From assembly GCF_006345805.1 (NCBI RefSeq), contig NW_021837038.1, forward strand, positions 2,470 through 66,469: a stretch of 64,000 bases of DNA. The letters run 5' to 3'. This stretch comes from Octopus sinensis. Its lineage: Eukaryota. Made by a program: the position numbers and the translations under genes. How positions within the stretch are numbered: the stretch's first letter is position 1; each line of letters opens with the position of its first letter. A model generated the notes under the pieces. That model searched no databases. It was not told the origin of the DNA and saw only the letters and a list, made by a program, of their open reading frames with translations. Below are positions 20,601 to 34,202 of this stretch, in pieces.

Positions 20601-22792
20601 TTTTACGTCCCCGTCACTTAGCGGTTCGGCAAAAGAGACCGATAGAATAAGTACTGGGCTTACAAAGAATAAGTCCCAGGGTCGATTTGCTTGACTAAAG
20701 GCGGTGCTCCAGCATGGCCGCAGTCAAATAACTGAAACAAGTAAAAGAATAAAAGAAAAAGAATAAAAAGAATATAGATTCTGTGCTATGTCAGATCTAG
20801 TTCTTAAGATGTGAATGTTGTGATGTTAACTCTACTTGTGAAGATCTGTTGAGGCAAGTGAGAATCAGAATCAAAATCGAAATCGATCAATATCAATGGA
20901 AATTGTAGCCAAGATACCAGTGCCGGTGGCACGTAAGCGAACCATCCGAACATGGCCGTTGCCAGCCTTGCCTGGCCCCCATGCCAGTGGCACATAAAAA
21001 GCACCGTCCAACCGTGGCCATTTACCAGCCTCGTCTGGCACGTAAGCGAACCATCCGAATGTGGCCGTTGCCAGCCTTGCCTGGCCCCCATGCCAGTGGC
21101 ACATAAAAAGCACCGTCCAACCGTGGCCATTTACCAGCCTCGTCTGGCACGTAAGCGAACCATCCGAATGTGGCCGTTGCCAGCCTTGACCGACCCCCAT
21201 GCCAGTGGCACGTAAAAAGCATCGTCCAACCGTGGCCATTTACCAGCCTCGTCTGGCACGTAAGTGAACCATCCGAATGTGGCCGTTGCCAGCCTTGCCT
21301 GGCCCCCATGCCAGTGGCATGTAAAAAGCACCGTCCAACCGTGGCCATTTACCAGCCTCGTCTGGCACGTAAGCGAACCATCCGAATGTGGCCGTTGCCA
21401 GCCTTGCCTGGCCCCCATGCCAGTGGCACGTAAAAAGCATCGTCCAACCATGGCCATTTACCAGCCTCGTCTGGCACGTAAGCGAACCATCCGAATGTGG
21501 CCGTTGCCAGCCTTGCCTGGCCCCCATGCCAGTGGCATGTAAAAAGCATCGTCCGACCGTGGTCATTTGCCAGCCTCGTCTGGCACCTGTGCCGGTGGTG
21601 TGTAAGCGAACCATCTGAACGTGGCCGTTGCCAGCCTTGCCTGGCCCCCGTGCCAGTGGCACGTAAAAAGCACTGTCCAACCATGGCTGTTTGCCAGCCT
21701 CGTCTGGCACCTGTGCCGGTGGCGCATAAGCGACCCATCCGAATGTGGCCATTGCCAGCCTTGCCTGGCCCCCGTGCCAGTGGCATGTAAAAAGCACCGT
21801 CCAACCGTGGCCGTTTGCCAGCCCCGTCTGGCACGTAAAAAGCACCCACTACACACACGGAGTGGTTGGCGTTAGGAAGGGCAGCCAGCCATAGAAACAC
21901 TGCCAGATCACACTGGGCCTGGTGCAGCCTTCTGGTTTCCCAGACCCCAGTTGAACCGTCCAACCCATGCTAGCATGGAAAGCGGACGCTAAATGATGAT
22001 GATGATTCTCCACCACATTAATATTCTAAGACCTGAATAATAATAGACAATCCTTTTGCAAGCTGAGTTTGAAGCTGAGTCTGGTTTTGATTCTCGATAA
22101 AATTTATTTTTCTGGGGACAAAGACTTTTGTAAAAGGCAGGAATGTTACAAATTCATGCTGCTTCTTATTATCTCTCTATATATAAACGGCAGTTTGTCT
22201 GTGCGTGTTTCTGTGTGTCTGTTTTCTCGTACCCTCACTCTGACCACGGCTTTCAACCGATTCTGATGAAACTTGACACACGCATAGCCCAATGTCATAA
22301 TTCAAAACTAACGCAGCGAAAATTTTGAAAAGTTCCCCCAGTTCTGAAAAAAATCGATAAATTCGACATGGGGTCCAGAATCAGAAACCCAAACCACAGA
22401 CCGTCTAGGGGACGCAACTCCACCTTTTTTAACTCTCAAAAAAATTTACCATCATTTTTTTCCCATTTTTTTGCTATTTTTTGGCTATAACTCTCTAAAA
22501 ATGCTTTATAGTTATTTCCCTTACAAACCTGAGCAACGCCGGACGATACTGCTAGTAAATATCTAAAAGAAGACTGAAAGTAGAAAATAAAGAAATATAT
22601 AATGAGTATGATACTCCATGTAGCAGCAAAAGACACAAACAATATTTAAAATAGTTATAAAGTTTACTATGCCACAGTATGTGATTGAACAAGTTAATTT
22701 TGGTACAATCTTCAAGCCAGTAGATATGTATATTTTTAAAATCATTGCAAGAGTAAATATATGTGTGTGAATATATATATATATATACATAC

Positions 22793-22841
<49 letters not shown>

Positions 22842-23163
22842 GGTCCCGGGTTGAGTCGGGGTTAACCACAGTAAATAAGGTACTCATTACATAGCAGAGT
22901 AAATTAATTTATTTTATAGAAGGAGCTTCTACAGGACTAGAACTGTTTCATTCAAAAGAAATCATCAGGAAGCTAGGTGACAAGAATAGTTTTGGCATTT
23001 ATACATTTAGGCAGATTTAAAGTGGTGGGGGTGGTGGGGGACTCACCACCACTTTAAATCTGCCTAAATGTATAAATGCCAAAACTATTCTTGTCACCTA
23101 GCTTCCTGATGATTTCTTTTGAATGAAACAGTTCTAGTCCTGTAGAAGCTCCTTCTATAAAAT

Positions 23164-23208
<45 letters not shown>

Positions 23209-26200
23209 AATTAGAGAAAAACCACTGTTATGCAATTCAAACAATGATAGACATAAACCAAGTCATAAATAAAAATATATTTTTTAAAACATATAGATAG
23301 ATCACAAAAAGTACAAAAATGAATAATCAATATATAATACGTAAAAAAAAAACTACGTACGTTTCATGGCTATAATTAAATATGAATTACAATTAAATAT
23401 AAATTTAATCGAAAATCAATTCAATTCAAAATTATAGTTACTCTTCAGGTTAAGAATAATAACAATAATAGTTAAATAAATAAGCAATTACAATCAAGCA
23501 ATATTCATTAAAAAAATAAAATAAGGATTTTTCTTATAGAAGAAACACCATTAACTAAATTTGAAACCTAAAACATTAGGACCAGTTGCCTACAATACAT
23601 TTACCATATATATATATATCTATATTATTTTGTTTTAATAGGTTTAACCCATTTAAAAGGATTTAAGATTGAATATGATTTTGATGACAAAATCTGTAGA
23701 ATCTTGGACTTTTCTGAATTTCTAAAGAACAAATCCATTAGTAATGTGAGTACAATTTCTGTCTTTAAAGAGTCTGTCCTAAGGTTAGCACAGCAGGCCG
23801 TCCTGCGAGCCATGAATTCACTTCATTTTCATTATACATATTTACATATATTTTTATACATATTTATATTTATTTACTCTTTACTTTCTCTCTCTCTCTT
23901 TCACTTGTTTCAGTCATTTGACTGTGGCCATGCTGGAGCACCGCCTTTAGTCGAGCAAATCGACCCCGGGACTTATTCTTTGTAAGCCCAGTACTTATTC
24001 TATCGGTCTCTTTTGCCGAACCGCTAAGTAACGGGGACGTAAACACACCAGCATCAGATGTCAAGCAATGCTAGAGGGACAAATACAGATACACAAACAT
24101 ATACACATGCATAATATATATATCACGTGATCACGTGACCGACCAGACCATCAGATGTTGTTATACAATGCGTTCGCATTGTTTTAGCCTTCGAATGACG
24201 CCACCCCGCTGGCTAAGCGAGCAGGCCAACAGAAGAAAGAGTGGTGAAAGAGTACAGCAGGGATCACCACCATCTCCTGCCGGAGCCTCGTGGAGCTTTT
24301 AGGTGTTTTCGCTCAATAAACACACACACAACGCCCGGTCTGGGAATCGAAACCGCGATCCTGCGACCGCGAGTCCGCTGCCCTAACCACTAGGCCATTG
24401 CGCCTCCACAATATATACATATATATGACGGGCTTCTTTCAGTTTCCATCTACCAAATCCACTCACAAGGCTTTGGTTGGCCCTGGGCTATAGCAGAAGA
24501 CACTTGCCCAAGATGCCACGCAGTGGGACTGAACCCAGAACCTTGTGGTTGGTTAGCAAGCTACTTACCACACAGCCACTCCTGCGCCTATATATATATA
24601 TATACGATGGGCTTCTTTCAGTTTCCATCTACCAAATCCACTCACAAGGCTTTGGTTGGCCCTGGGCTATAGCAGAAGACACTTGCCCAAGATGCCACGC
24701 AGTGGGACTGAACCCAGAACCTTGTGGTTGGTTAGCAAGCTACTTACCACACAGCCACTCCTGCGCCTATATATATATATACGATGGGCTTCTTTCAGTT
24801 TCCATCTACCAAATCCACTCACAAGGCTTTGGTTGGCCCTGGGCTATAGCAGAAGACACTTGCCCAAGATGCCACGCAGTGGGACTGAACCCAGAACCTT
24901 GTGGTTGGTTAGCAAGCTACTTACCACACAGCCACTCCTACAATTATTTTTCATATGTGTATATCTTTCTGAGGAGTTTTCTGATATTGATTTCCTAATA
25001 TTAATAACGTGTGAAGGCAAGTGACTTAGTGGTTAGGGTGTCAGCATCATGATTGTAAGATTGTGGTTTCGATTCCTCGACTGGGCGACACGTTGTGTTC
25101 TTGAGCAAAACACTTCATTTCACATTGCCCCAGTCCACTCAGCTGGCAAAAATGAGTAACGCTGTGATGGACTGGCATCCTGTCCAGCTGGGGAACACAT
25201 ACGCCATTGAAACCAGGAAACCGGGCCCATGAGCCTGGCTAGGCTTTAAAAGGGTGCATTTATTATTTATTAATATTAATAATAATATATTATTAAAAAA
25301 TTATATATGTATATAATTGCTCGTATTAAATATACAAATACTTTAATAGTATTAATACTTTGGAATATATTTAACTAAAGATTTATGGAATATTTTCGGT
25401 TTGACCGGCAGTTTTTTCACATAATTTTTGGTAACTAAAAAATTTTAAACTTTGTATACTGGTAGAATGTGTTTATAAAACATCTTTTTCTCTTGGCTTT
25501 ACTGAGAAGATTCTATAGTCTGTAAGATATTTGTTGTCTTTTTTCTTCAATTTCTGCAATTTCAACCAATCAATGACATCCATTGAGGTGAAAAGCATTC
25601 TGTGCCGTATGAATATGTCCCTCGTTTAAGAAACAGATTGGGTTTATTTACATTTGTGAAGAAAAAGATACCCTTCCCCCTAACCCTAACCCTAAAACAT
25701 TGAAATGCAATAGATCGATACTAAGGTCATAATTATGGGTGACAATTTCATATGACACCGCTAGAAAAAACTGGCGTTCAAACCGAAAAGATCCGATTTA
25801 TGATATCTAAATTAATAGAAATGAGCCTATAAAGAATTCTTGTGGATGATTAGATTTAGACAATGAAAAATATATTAACCCTTTAGTGTTCGCATTATTA
25901 TACCAAAATTGATCCTTTTTAATCCACATTGTTTTGAACTAATCATTCATTAATCTTGTAGCTCTGAGATTTCGATGAGGTAGCTGTTCATTTTTAAAAC
26001 GATATTGTAGGGTTGGTGTGAGAGACCAGATCTGGCCAGTTTGAACATAAAACAGGCAGAATACATTTGGCCGGATATGGGGGCCAGTTTAAATGCTAAA
26101 GGATTAAGGGGCAGGCATGACTGTGGCAAGCTGTTTGCCTCTCAGCCATATGGTTCCAGGTTCAGTTCCACTGCATGGCAGGTTTGGTAAGTGTCTTCTA

Positions 26201-27961
26201 TACTCCTGGGTCAACCAAAGTCTTGAGTGGATTTTTTTAGGAGGAAACTGAAGGAAGCCAGTTGTGTGTGTGTGTGTGTGTGTGTGTGATATCATCATCA
26301 TCATCGTTTAACTTCCGCTTTCCATGCTAGCATGGGTTGGATGATTTGACTGAAGACTGTTTGGAAATGAGTATCTCAGAATACTAGAAATTGAAGCCTT
26401 TTAGTTTTAACGTATTAACCCTTAAGTGTTCGCATTATTCTGACAAAATGAATCCTTTTTTTATCTACATTGCCTTGAACTAATCATGCATTATCTTGTA
26501 GCTATGAGATTTTGATGAGGTAGTTGTTAATTTATAAAACGATATTGTAGGGTTGGTGTGAGAGACCAGATCTAGCCAGTTTGGACACAAAACAGGCAGA
26601 ATACTTTTGGCCGGATATGGGGGCCGGTTTAAATGCTAAAGGGTTAAAATGATAAAAGATTAAAATAGCTGAATGTTTTTATTTTTTAAATATGATTAAA
26701 ATTATCATAAAATTTGATTGAACTGATCAATATTTTGAATATTCTATTATTTTAGTAGAATTTAAAATAAAATTTCTTTGCAGTATGACTTTGAGTTTAA
26801 TCTACATCCTGTAAGAATGAATAAAGAAATTTTGGTTCATCTTCATCCGTTGCCGGAATCTGGGAACAATTACCTGACTGCCAAAGTCGATACGTTCAGT
26901 AAGGAACCTAAAATTATTGTTTATTTAAAAAATCTTGGAGGAAACTAGTGGTGGTGGTGGTGGCGGCTTTACCACCACCACCAAAACCACCACCACCACC
27001 ACCACAACCACCACCACCACCACCACAACCACCACCGAAACCACCACTACCGCCACCAACACCATCACCACCACCACCAAAACTACCACTACCGCCACCA
27101 ACACCACCACCACCACCACCAAAACTACCACCACCGAAACCACCACCACCACCACCACCACAACCACCACGACCAAAACCACTACCACCACCACCACTAC
27201 CAAAACCACCACCACCAAAACCACCACCACTACCACCAAAACCACCACCACCACCGCCACCACCACCAAAACCACCACCACCCCTAAATTTAGGTTAAAT
27301 CTGTGTTTCTCAAAGGGGAGGCCTATGGGACGGTCGGACAAGTTGTTCTGAGAGAATTTGGTTTAAATGTTTGACAACACAGCACCGTCCATTGGACGAG
27401 GGCCCGTTTTGCTCATCTTAATTATTTTCTTTCTCGCTTAAATTTAATTAAACCCCGTCCTAATTTAACGACATTTACTACCTGTGTAATGTTCATACTC
27501 ACATAAATGGCTTTCCTTTACCTTTGCAGTGTGTCGCGAATGGGTAACCCCGATTGATTATAAATTAGAAGAAAACAAGTTAATTGTGGACTTTGAACAA
27601 GGACCTTCAAAGTGTGATATAAAACAATATAATGTAGCGCTTCATAATACAAATTCAACCATTTTAATAAGTGCGGTTGTCAATTCTTCCCAGGTTTGTC
27701 AAATTTCGCCATTTTCGTGTTTTTTATATTCCTCTAATCTCTTTTACTCTCTTTTACTCTTTTACTTGTTTCAGTCATTTGACTGCGGCCATGCTGGAGC
27801 ACCGCCTTTAAGTCGAGCAAATCGACCCCGGGACTTATTCTTTTGTAAGCCCGGTACTTATTCTATCGGTCTCTTTTTTGCCGAACCGCTAAGTGACGGG
27901 GACGTAAACACACCAGCATCGTTTGTCAAGCAATGCTAGGGGGACAAACACAGACACACAG

Positions 27962-28020
<59 letters not shown>

Positions 28021-28231
28021 ACATATATACGACGGGCTTCTTTCAGTTTCCGTCTACCAAATCCACTCACAAGGCATTGGTCCGCCCGAGGTTAAAGCAG
28101 AAGACACTTGCCCAGTACTTATTCTATTGGTCTCTTTTTGCTGAACCGCTAAGTGACGGGGAGGTAAACACACCAGCATTGCATGTCAAGCAATGCTAGG
28201 GGGACAAACAAAGACACACAAACATATATAT

Positions 28232-28265
<34 letters not shown>

Positions 28266-29706
28266 CATATATACATATATACGACAGGCTTCTTTCAGTT
28301 TCCGTCTACCAAATCCACTGACAAGGCTTTGGTCGGCCCGAGGCTATAGTCGAAGACACTTGCCCAAGGTACCACGTAGTGGGATTGAACCCGGAACCAT
28401 GTGGTTGGTAAGCAAGCTACTTACCACACAGCCACTCCTAAAAAGAGAAATTGTTTCTTTTTGAAGTCTTTATTTCCCTATTGTCATTAATATTATCCAT
28501 TAATTAGTTTTAAGTAAAGCTTAATTACATAAAACTCATTTCCTTGCATCGTTATATTGATTTCTCCTGGTAAATTATTTTTGACTATATTGATGTTAAT
28601 TATTTTGTAATCATCATCATCATCATCGTTTAACGTCCGTTCTCCATGCTACCATGGATTGGACGGTTCAAATGGGATCTGGGAAGCCAGAAGGCTGCAC
28701 CAGGCTCCAGTCTGATCTGGCAGAGTTTCTACAGCTGGATGCTCTTCCTTACGCCAACCACTCCGTGAGTGTAGTGGGTGCTCTTTACGTGCCACTGGCA
28801 CAGGTGTCAGACGAGGCTGGCAATGGCCACGATCAGATGGTGCTTTTTACGTGCCACCGGCACAGGTGCCAGACGAGGCTGGCAAACGGCCATGATCAGT
28901 TGGTGCTTTTTACGTGCCACCAGCATAGGTGCCAGACGAGACTGGCAATGGCCACGATCGGATAGTGCTTTTTACGTGCCACTGGCATAGGTGCCAGACG
29001 AGGCTGGCAAATGGCCACGATCGGATGGTGCTTTTTATGTGCCACCAGCACAGGTGCCAGACGAGGCTGGCAAACAGCCATGATCAGTTGGTGCTTTTTA
29101 CATGCCACTGACACGGGGGGCCAGACGAGGCTGGCAAACAGCCACGATCAGTTGGTGCTTTTTACATGCCACCGACACGGGGGCCAGGTGAGGCTGGCAC
29201 TGCTTTTTACGTGCCAGATGAGGCAGGCAAACGGCCACGATCGGATGGTACTTTTTACGTGACACCACTAGAAAAAACTGCCGTTCAAACCGAAAAGATC
29301 CCAAAGATTTCCTGAAGATTATAGATTTACTTTGACAAATATTCAGACAACAAACAACATTGATCAAGCCCAGAATTCCTTTTAAATAATTCCTCACAAT
29401 TCTATAAAAAAATTGTTTTTAAGATAGTTCTAAGGGGGTCATTTCCAAATGTGCAATAAAAGAAGTCTTCCGTAATGCCAATTAATCTATAGTGACTCTT
29501 TTACTCTTTTACCTGTCAGTTATTTGACTGCGGCCATACTGGAGCACCGCCTTTAGTCGAGCAAATCGACACCGGGACTTATTCTTTGTAAGCCCAGTAC
29601 TTATTCTATCGGTCACTTTTGCAGAACTGCTAAGTTATGGGGTCGTAAACACACCAGCATCGGTTGTCAAGCAATGCTAGGAGGACAAACACAGACACAC
29701 AAACAT

Positions 29707-29740
<34 letters not shown>

Positions 29741-31155
29741 TTGAGTAGTTGAATGAATTATCTTATTATTTATAGGCCAACTTTACAAATCGGGTTTTTT
29801 TTTTATCATTTTGTCATTTTCAGACAACCTCAAAATTAACCCATGAATTTCATAGAATATGTTCCGGAAACTACTACACAACTGTAAGTTATTCTTCATA
29901 TATTGTTGCTTGCTTACTATGTTTTGCTAAATTATTACATTTACAAAGAATTCTGTTAATCTGAAGATGGGGAATTTTCCGCTTCTTCCACGTTTTCTGA
30001 TTCTCCGGACTTTTCACCAGCTATGTAATTTAAAAGAATAATTCGTTTCTTTCATGATAAACACTTCTACGCACACTTGCACATCTACTGCTATCAGTTC
30101 TTTACCAAATTAGGAGCAGGAGTGGCTGTGTGGAAAGTAGCTTGCTAACCAACCACATGGTTCCAGGTTCAGTCCTACTGCGTGGCACCTTGGGCGAGGG
30201 TCTTTGGTAGATGTTGTATATATACTTTTTTACTTGTTTCAGTCATTTGACTGCGGCCATGCTGGAGCACCGCCTTTAGTCGAGCAAATCGACCCCGGGA
30301 CTTATTCATTGTAAGCCCAGTACTTATTCTATCGGTCTCTTTTGCCGAACCGCTAAGTGACGGGGACGTAAACACACCAGCATCGGTTGTCAAGCAATGC
30401 TAGGGGGACAAACACAGACACACAAACATATACACACACACTTATATACATACATATACATATATACGACAGGCTTCTTTCAGTTTCCGTCTACCAAATC
30501 TACTCACAAGGCATTGGTCAGCCAGGGGATATAGCAGAAGACACTTGCCCAAGATGCCATGCAGTGGGACTGAACCCGGAACCATGTGGTTGGAAAGCAA
30601 GCTACTTACCACACAGCCACTCCTATACAAAACTTTCACTTTTCAAAAATTCCAATTCTAAAGGGTCGAAACAAACCCGAGCAACGCTGGGCGATATTGC
30701 TAGTTATTAAATATAACCAATATTGCATAATATTGTAATAACGCCAGCAGGAGTGGCTGTGTGGTAAGAAGCTTGCTTACCAACCACATGGTTCCAGGTT
30801 CAGTCCCACTGCGTGACACCTTGGGCAAGTGTCTTCTACTATAGCCTCGGGCCGACCAATACCTTGTGAGTGGATTTGGTAGACGGAAACTGAAAGAATC
30901 CCGTTGTATATATGTATGTATATATATATATATATGTATGCGTGTGTGTGTTTGTGTGTCTGTGTTTGTCCCCCTAGCATTGCTTGACAACCGATGCTGG
31001 TGTGTTTACATCCCCGTCACTTAGCAGTTCGGCAAAAGTGACCGATAGAATAAGTACTGCATGGCATCATGGGCAAGTATCTTTTGCTATAGCCCCGGGC
31101 CGACCAATGCCTTGTGAGTGGATTTGGTAGACAGAAACTGAAAGAAGCCTGTCGC

Positions 31156-31191
<36 letters not shown>

Positions 31192-34171
31192 GTTTGTGTG
31201 TCTGTGTTTGTCCCCCTAGCATCGCTTGACAACCGATGCTGGTGTGTTTACGACCCCATAACTTAACAGTTCTGCAAAAGAGACCAATAGAATAAGTACT
31301 GGGCTTACAAAAGAATAAGTCCCGGGGTCGATTTGCTCGACTAAAGGCAGTGCTCCAGCATGGCCGCAGTCAAATGACGGACACAAGTAAAAGAGTAAAA
31401 GAGTAACTATAGATTAATTGGCATTCTGTTAGACTTCTTTTATTGCACATTTGGAAATGACCCCCTTAGAACTACCTTAAAAACTATTTTTTTATAGAAT
31501 TGTGAGGAATTATTTAAAAGGAATTCTGGGCTTGATCAATGTTGTTTGTTCTCTAACAAAGTATTTTCTTTATTCTGTTGTCTGGAGAAGCAGAATTTTA
31601 AGACTACAGCAATTAGCATTTGTTAGTTAGGGTGACCGTCATCCCTTATTTCTTTACTACCTACAGAGGGGACGAACAAGGATAGACAAACGAATTAAGT
31701 CGATTACATCAACCCCAGTGCGTAACTGGTACTTAATTTATAGACCTCGAAAGGATGAAAGGCAAAGTTTCAGTCATTTGAGTGCAGCCATGCTGGAGCA
31801 CCGCCTTTAGTCAAGTAAATCGTCCCCAGGACTTATTCTTTGTAAGCCTAGTTCTTATTCTATCAGTCTCTTATGCCGAACCACTAAGTTACAGGAACGT
31901 AAACACACCAGCATCGGTTGTCAAGCAATGCTAGAGGGACAAACACAGACACACAAACATATACACACACATACATACATATAAATCGTTAGCCACTACA
32001 CACATTTTTTTTCTCTCCTTGTTTTTTCTGTGTCCCTTTCTGTAGAAGAGCACAGGCTCGAAACGTAAAAGACTTTTACTATTCCTGAGCGTTATACTAA
32101 TACATCTGTTAGCTTGTACACCACCTGTCTTCGTCTTTTGTTTTTTTCGTAAACTCTCCCTATATATTTATATACATATATACGATGGGCTTCTTTCAGT
32201 TTCCATCTACCAAATCCACTCACAAGGGTTTGGTCGGCCCGAGGCTATAGCAGAAGACACTTGCCCAAGGTGCCACGCAGTGGGACTGAACCCGGAACCA
32301 TGTGGTTGGTAAGCAAGCTACTTACCACACAGCCACTCCTGCGCCTATATATATATATATATGATGGGCTTCTTTCAGTTTCCATCTACCAAATCCACTC
32401 ACAAGGCATTGGTCAGCCCGAGGCTATAGCAGAAGACACTTGCCCAATGTGCCACGCAGTGGGACTGAACCCGGAACCATGTGGTTGGTAAGCAAGCTAC
32501 TTACCACACAGCCACTCCTGCGCCTATATATATATATGATGGGCTTCTTTCAGTTTCCATCTACCAAATCCACTCACAAGGCATTGGTCAGCCCGGGGCT
32601 ATAGCAGAAGACACACATGCCCAAGGTGCCATGCAGTGGGACTGAACCCGGAACTATGTGTTGGTAAACAAGCTACCTACCACACAGCCACTCCTGCGCC
32701 TATATATATATATGATGGGCTTCTTTCAGTTTCCATCTACCAAATCCACTCACAAGGCATTGGTCAGCCCGGGGCTATAGCAGAAGACACACATGCCCAA
32801 GGTGCCATGCAGTGGGACTGAACCCGGAACCATGTGGTTGGTAAACAAGCTACCTACCACACAGCCACTCCTGCGCCTATATATATATATGATGGGCTTC
32901 TTTCAGTTTCCATCTACCAAATCCACTCACAAGGCATTGGTCAGCCCGGGGCTATAGCAGAAGACACTAGCCCAAGCTGCCACGCAGTGGGACTGAACCC
33001 GGAACCATGTGGTTGGTAAACAAGCTACCTACCACACAGCCACTCCTGCGCCTATATATATATATGATGGGCTTCTTTCAGTTTCCGTCTACCAAATCCA
33101 CTCACAAGGCATTGGTCAGCCCGTGGCTATAGCAGAAGACACTTGCCCAAGCTGCCACGCAGTGGGACTGAACCCGGAACCATGTGGTTGGTAAACAAGC
33201 TACCTACCACACAGCCACCCCTGCGCCTATATATATATGATGGGCTTCTTTCAGTTTCCATCTACCAAATCCACTCACAAGGCATTGGTCAGCCCGGGGC
33301 TATAGCAGAAGACACACATGCCCAAGGTGCCATGCAGTGGGACTGAACCCGGAACCATGTGGTTGGTAAACAAGCTACCTACCACACAGCCACTCCTGCG
33401 CCTATATATATATATGATGGGCTTCTTTCAGTTTCCATCTACCAAATCCACTCACAAGGCATTGGTCAGCCCGTGGCTATAGCAGAAGACACTTGCCCAA
33501 GCTGTCACGCAGTGGGACTGAACCCGGAACCATGTGGTTGGTAAACTAGCTACCTACCACACAGCCACCCCTGCGCCTATATATATATATGATGGGCTTC
33601 TTTCAGTTTCCATCTACCAAATCCACTCACAAGGCGTTGGTCAGCCCGGGGCTATAGCAGAAGACACTTGCCCAAGCTGCCACGCAGTGGGACTGAACCC
33701 GGAACCATGTGGTTGGTAAGCAAGCTACTTACCACACAGCCGCTCCTGCTTGCTTATTTAAATATCTATTCAGTGTGTTTTTTGTAATTTTCTTAAAGGT
33801 TGAAATAATTGATGAATTTTGGAACGTTGATGGGAAATGTATATGTAAGAACGAATATAGTAGATGTGGTGTCGACTGTATTCGGTCGAAAAGCACAGAC
33901 TTTCAAAGTAAGTAAAACTAAAGCAATGACAAAGCAAAACCATTATTAAATTGCCGCTTATGAATTGTGTATTATACTATTTCACTTGTTTCAGCCATTT
34001 GACTGCGGCCATGCTGGAGCACCGCCTTTAGTCGATCAAATCGACCCCGGGACTTATTCCTTTTGTAAGCCCAGTACTTATTCTATCGGTCACTTTTGCA
34101 GAACTGTTAAGTTACGGGGACGTAAACACACCGGCATCGGTTGTCAAGCAATGCTAGGGGAAGAAACACAG

Positions 34172-34202
<31 letters not shown>

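Noticed and set aside
20790-20855. Cys-rich stretch CECCDVNSTCEDLLRQ followed by GTGAGA as an extra IL17R exon
   Set aside because: Phase (2 to 0) does not fit between exons 3 and 4, and the apparent donor is the edge of a repeat insertion.
20804-21963. Long overlapping ORFs (up to 204 aa) on both strands; similarly 45136-46026, 60074-61127, 61522-62056
   Set aside because: Products of GC-rich minisatellite units; open in several frames with periodic peptides.
24320-24408. tRNA-like sequence (also ~37215 and ~42045)
   Set aside because: A/B boxes continue into a SINE body; no complete cloverleaf with acceptor stem.
26925-27351. Poly-Thr, poly-Pro and poly-Val ORFs as stand-alone genes
   Set aside because: Triplet repeat open in three frames, no ATG start or compatible splice sites.
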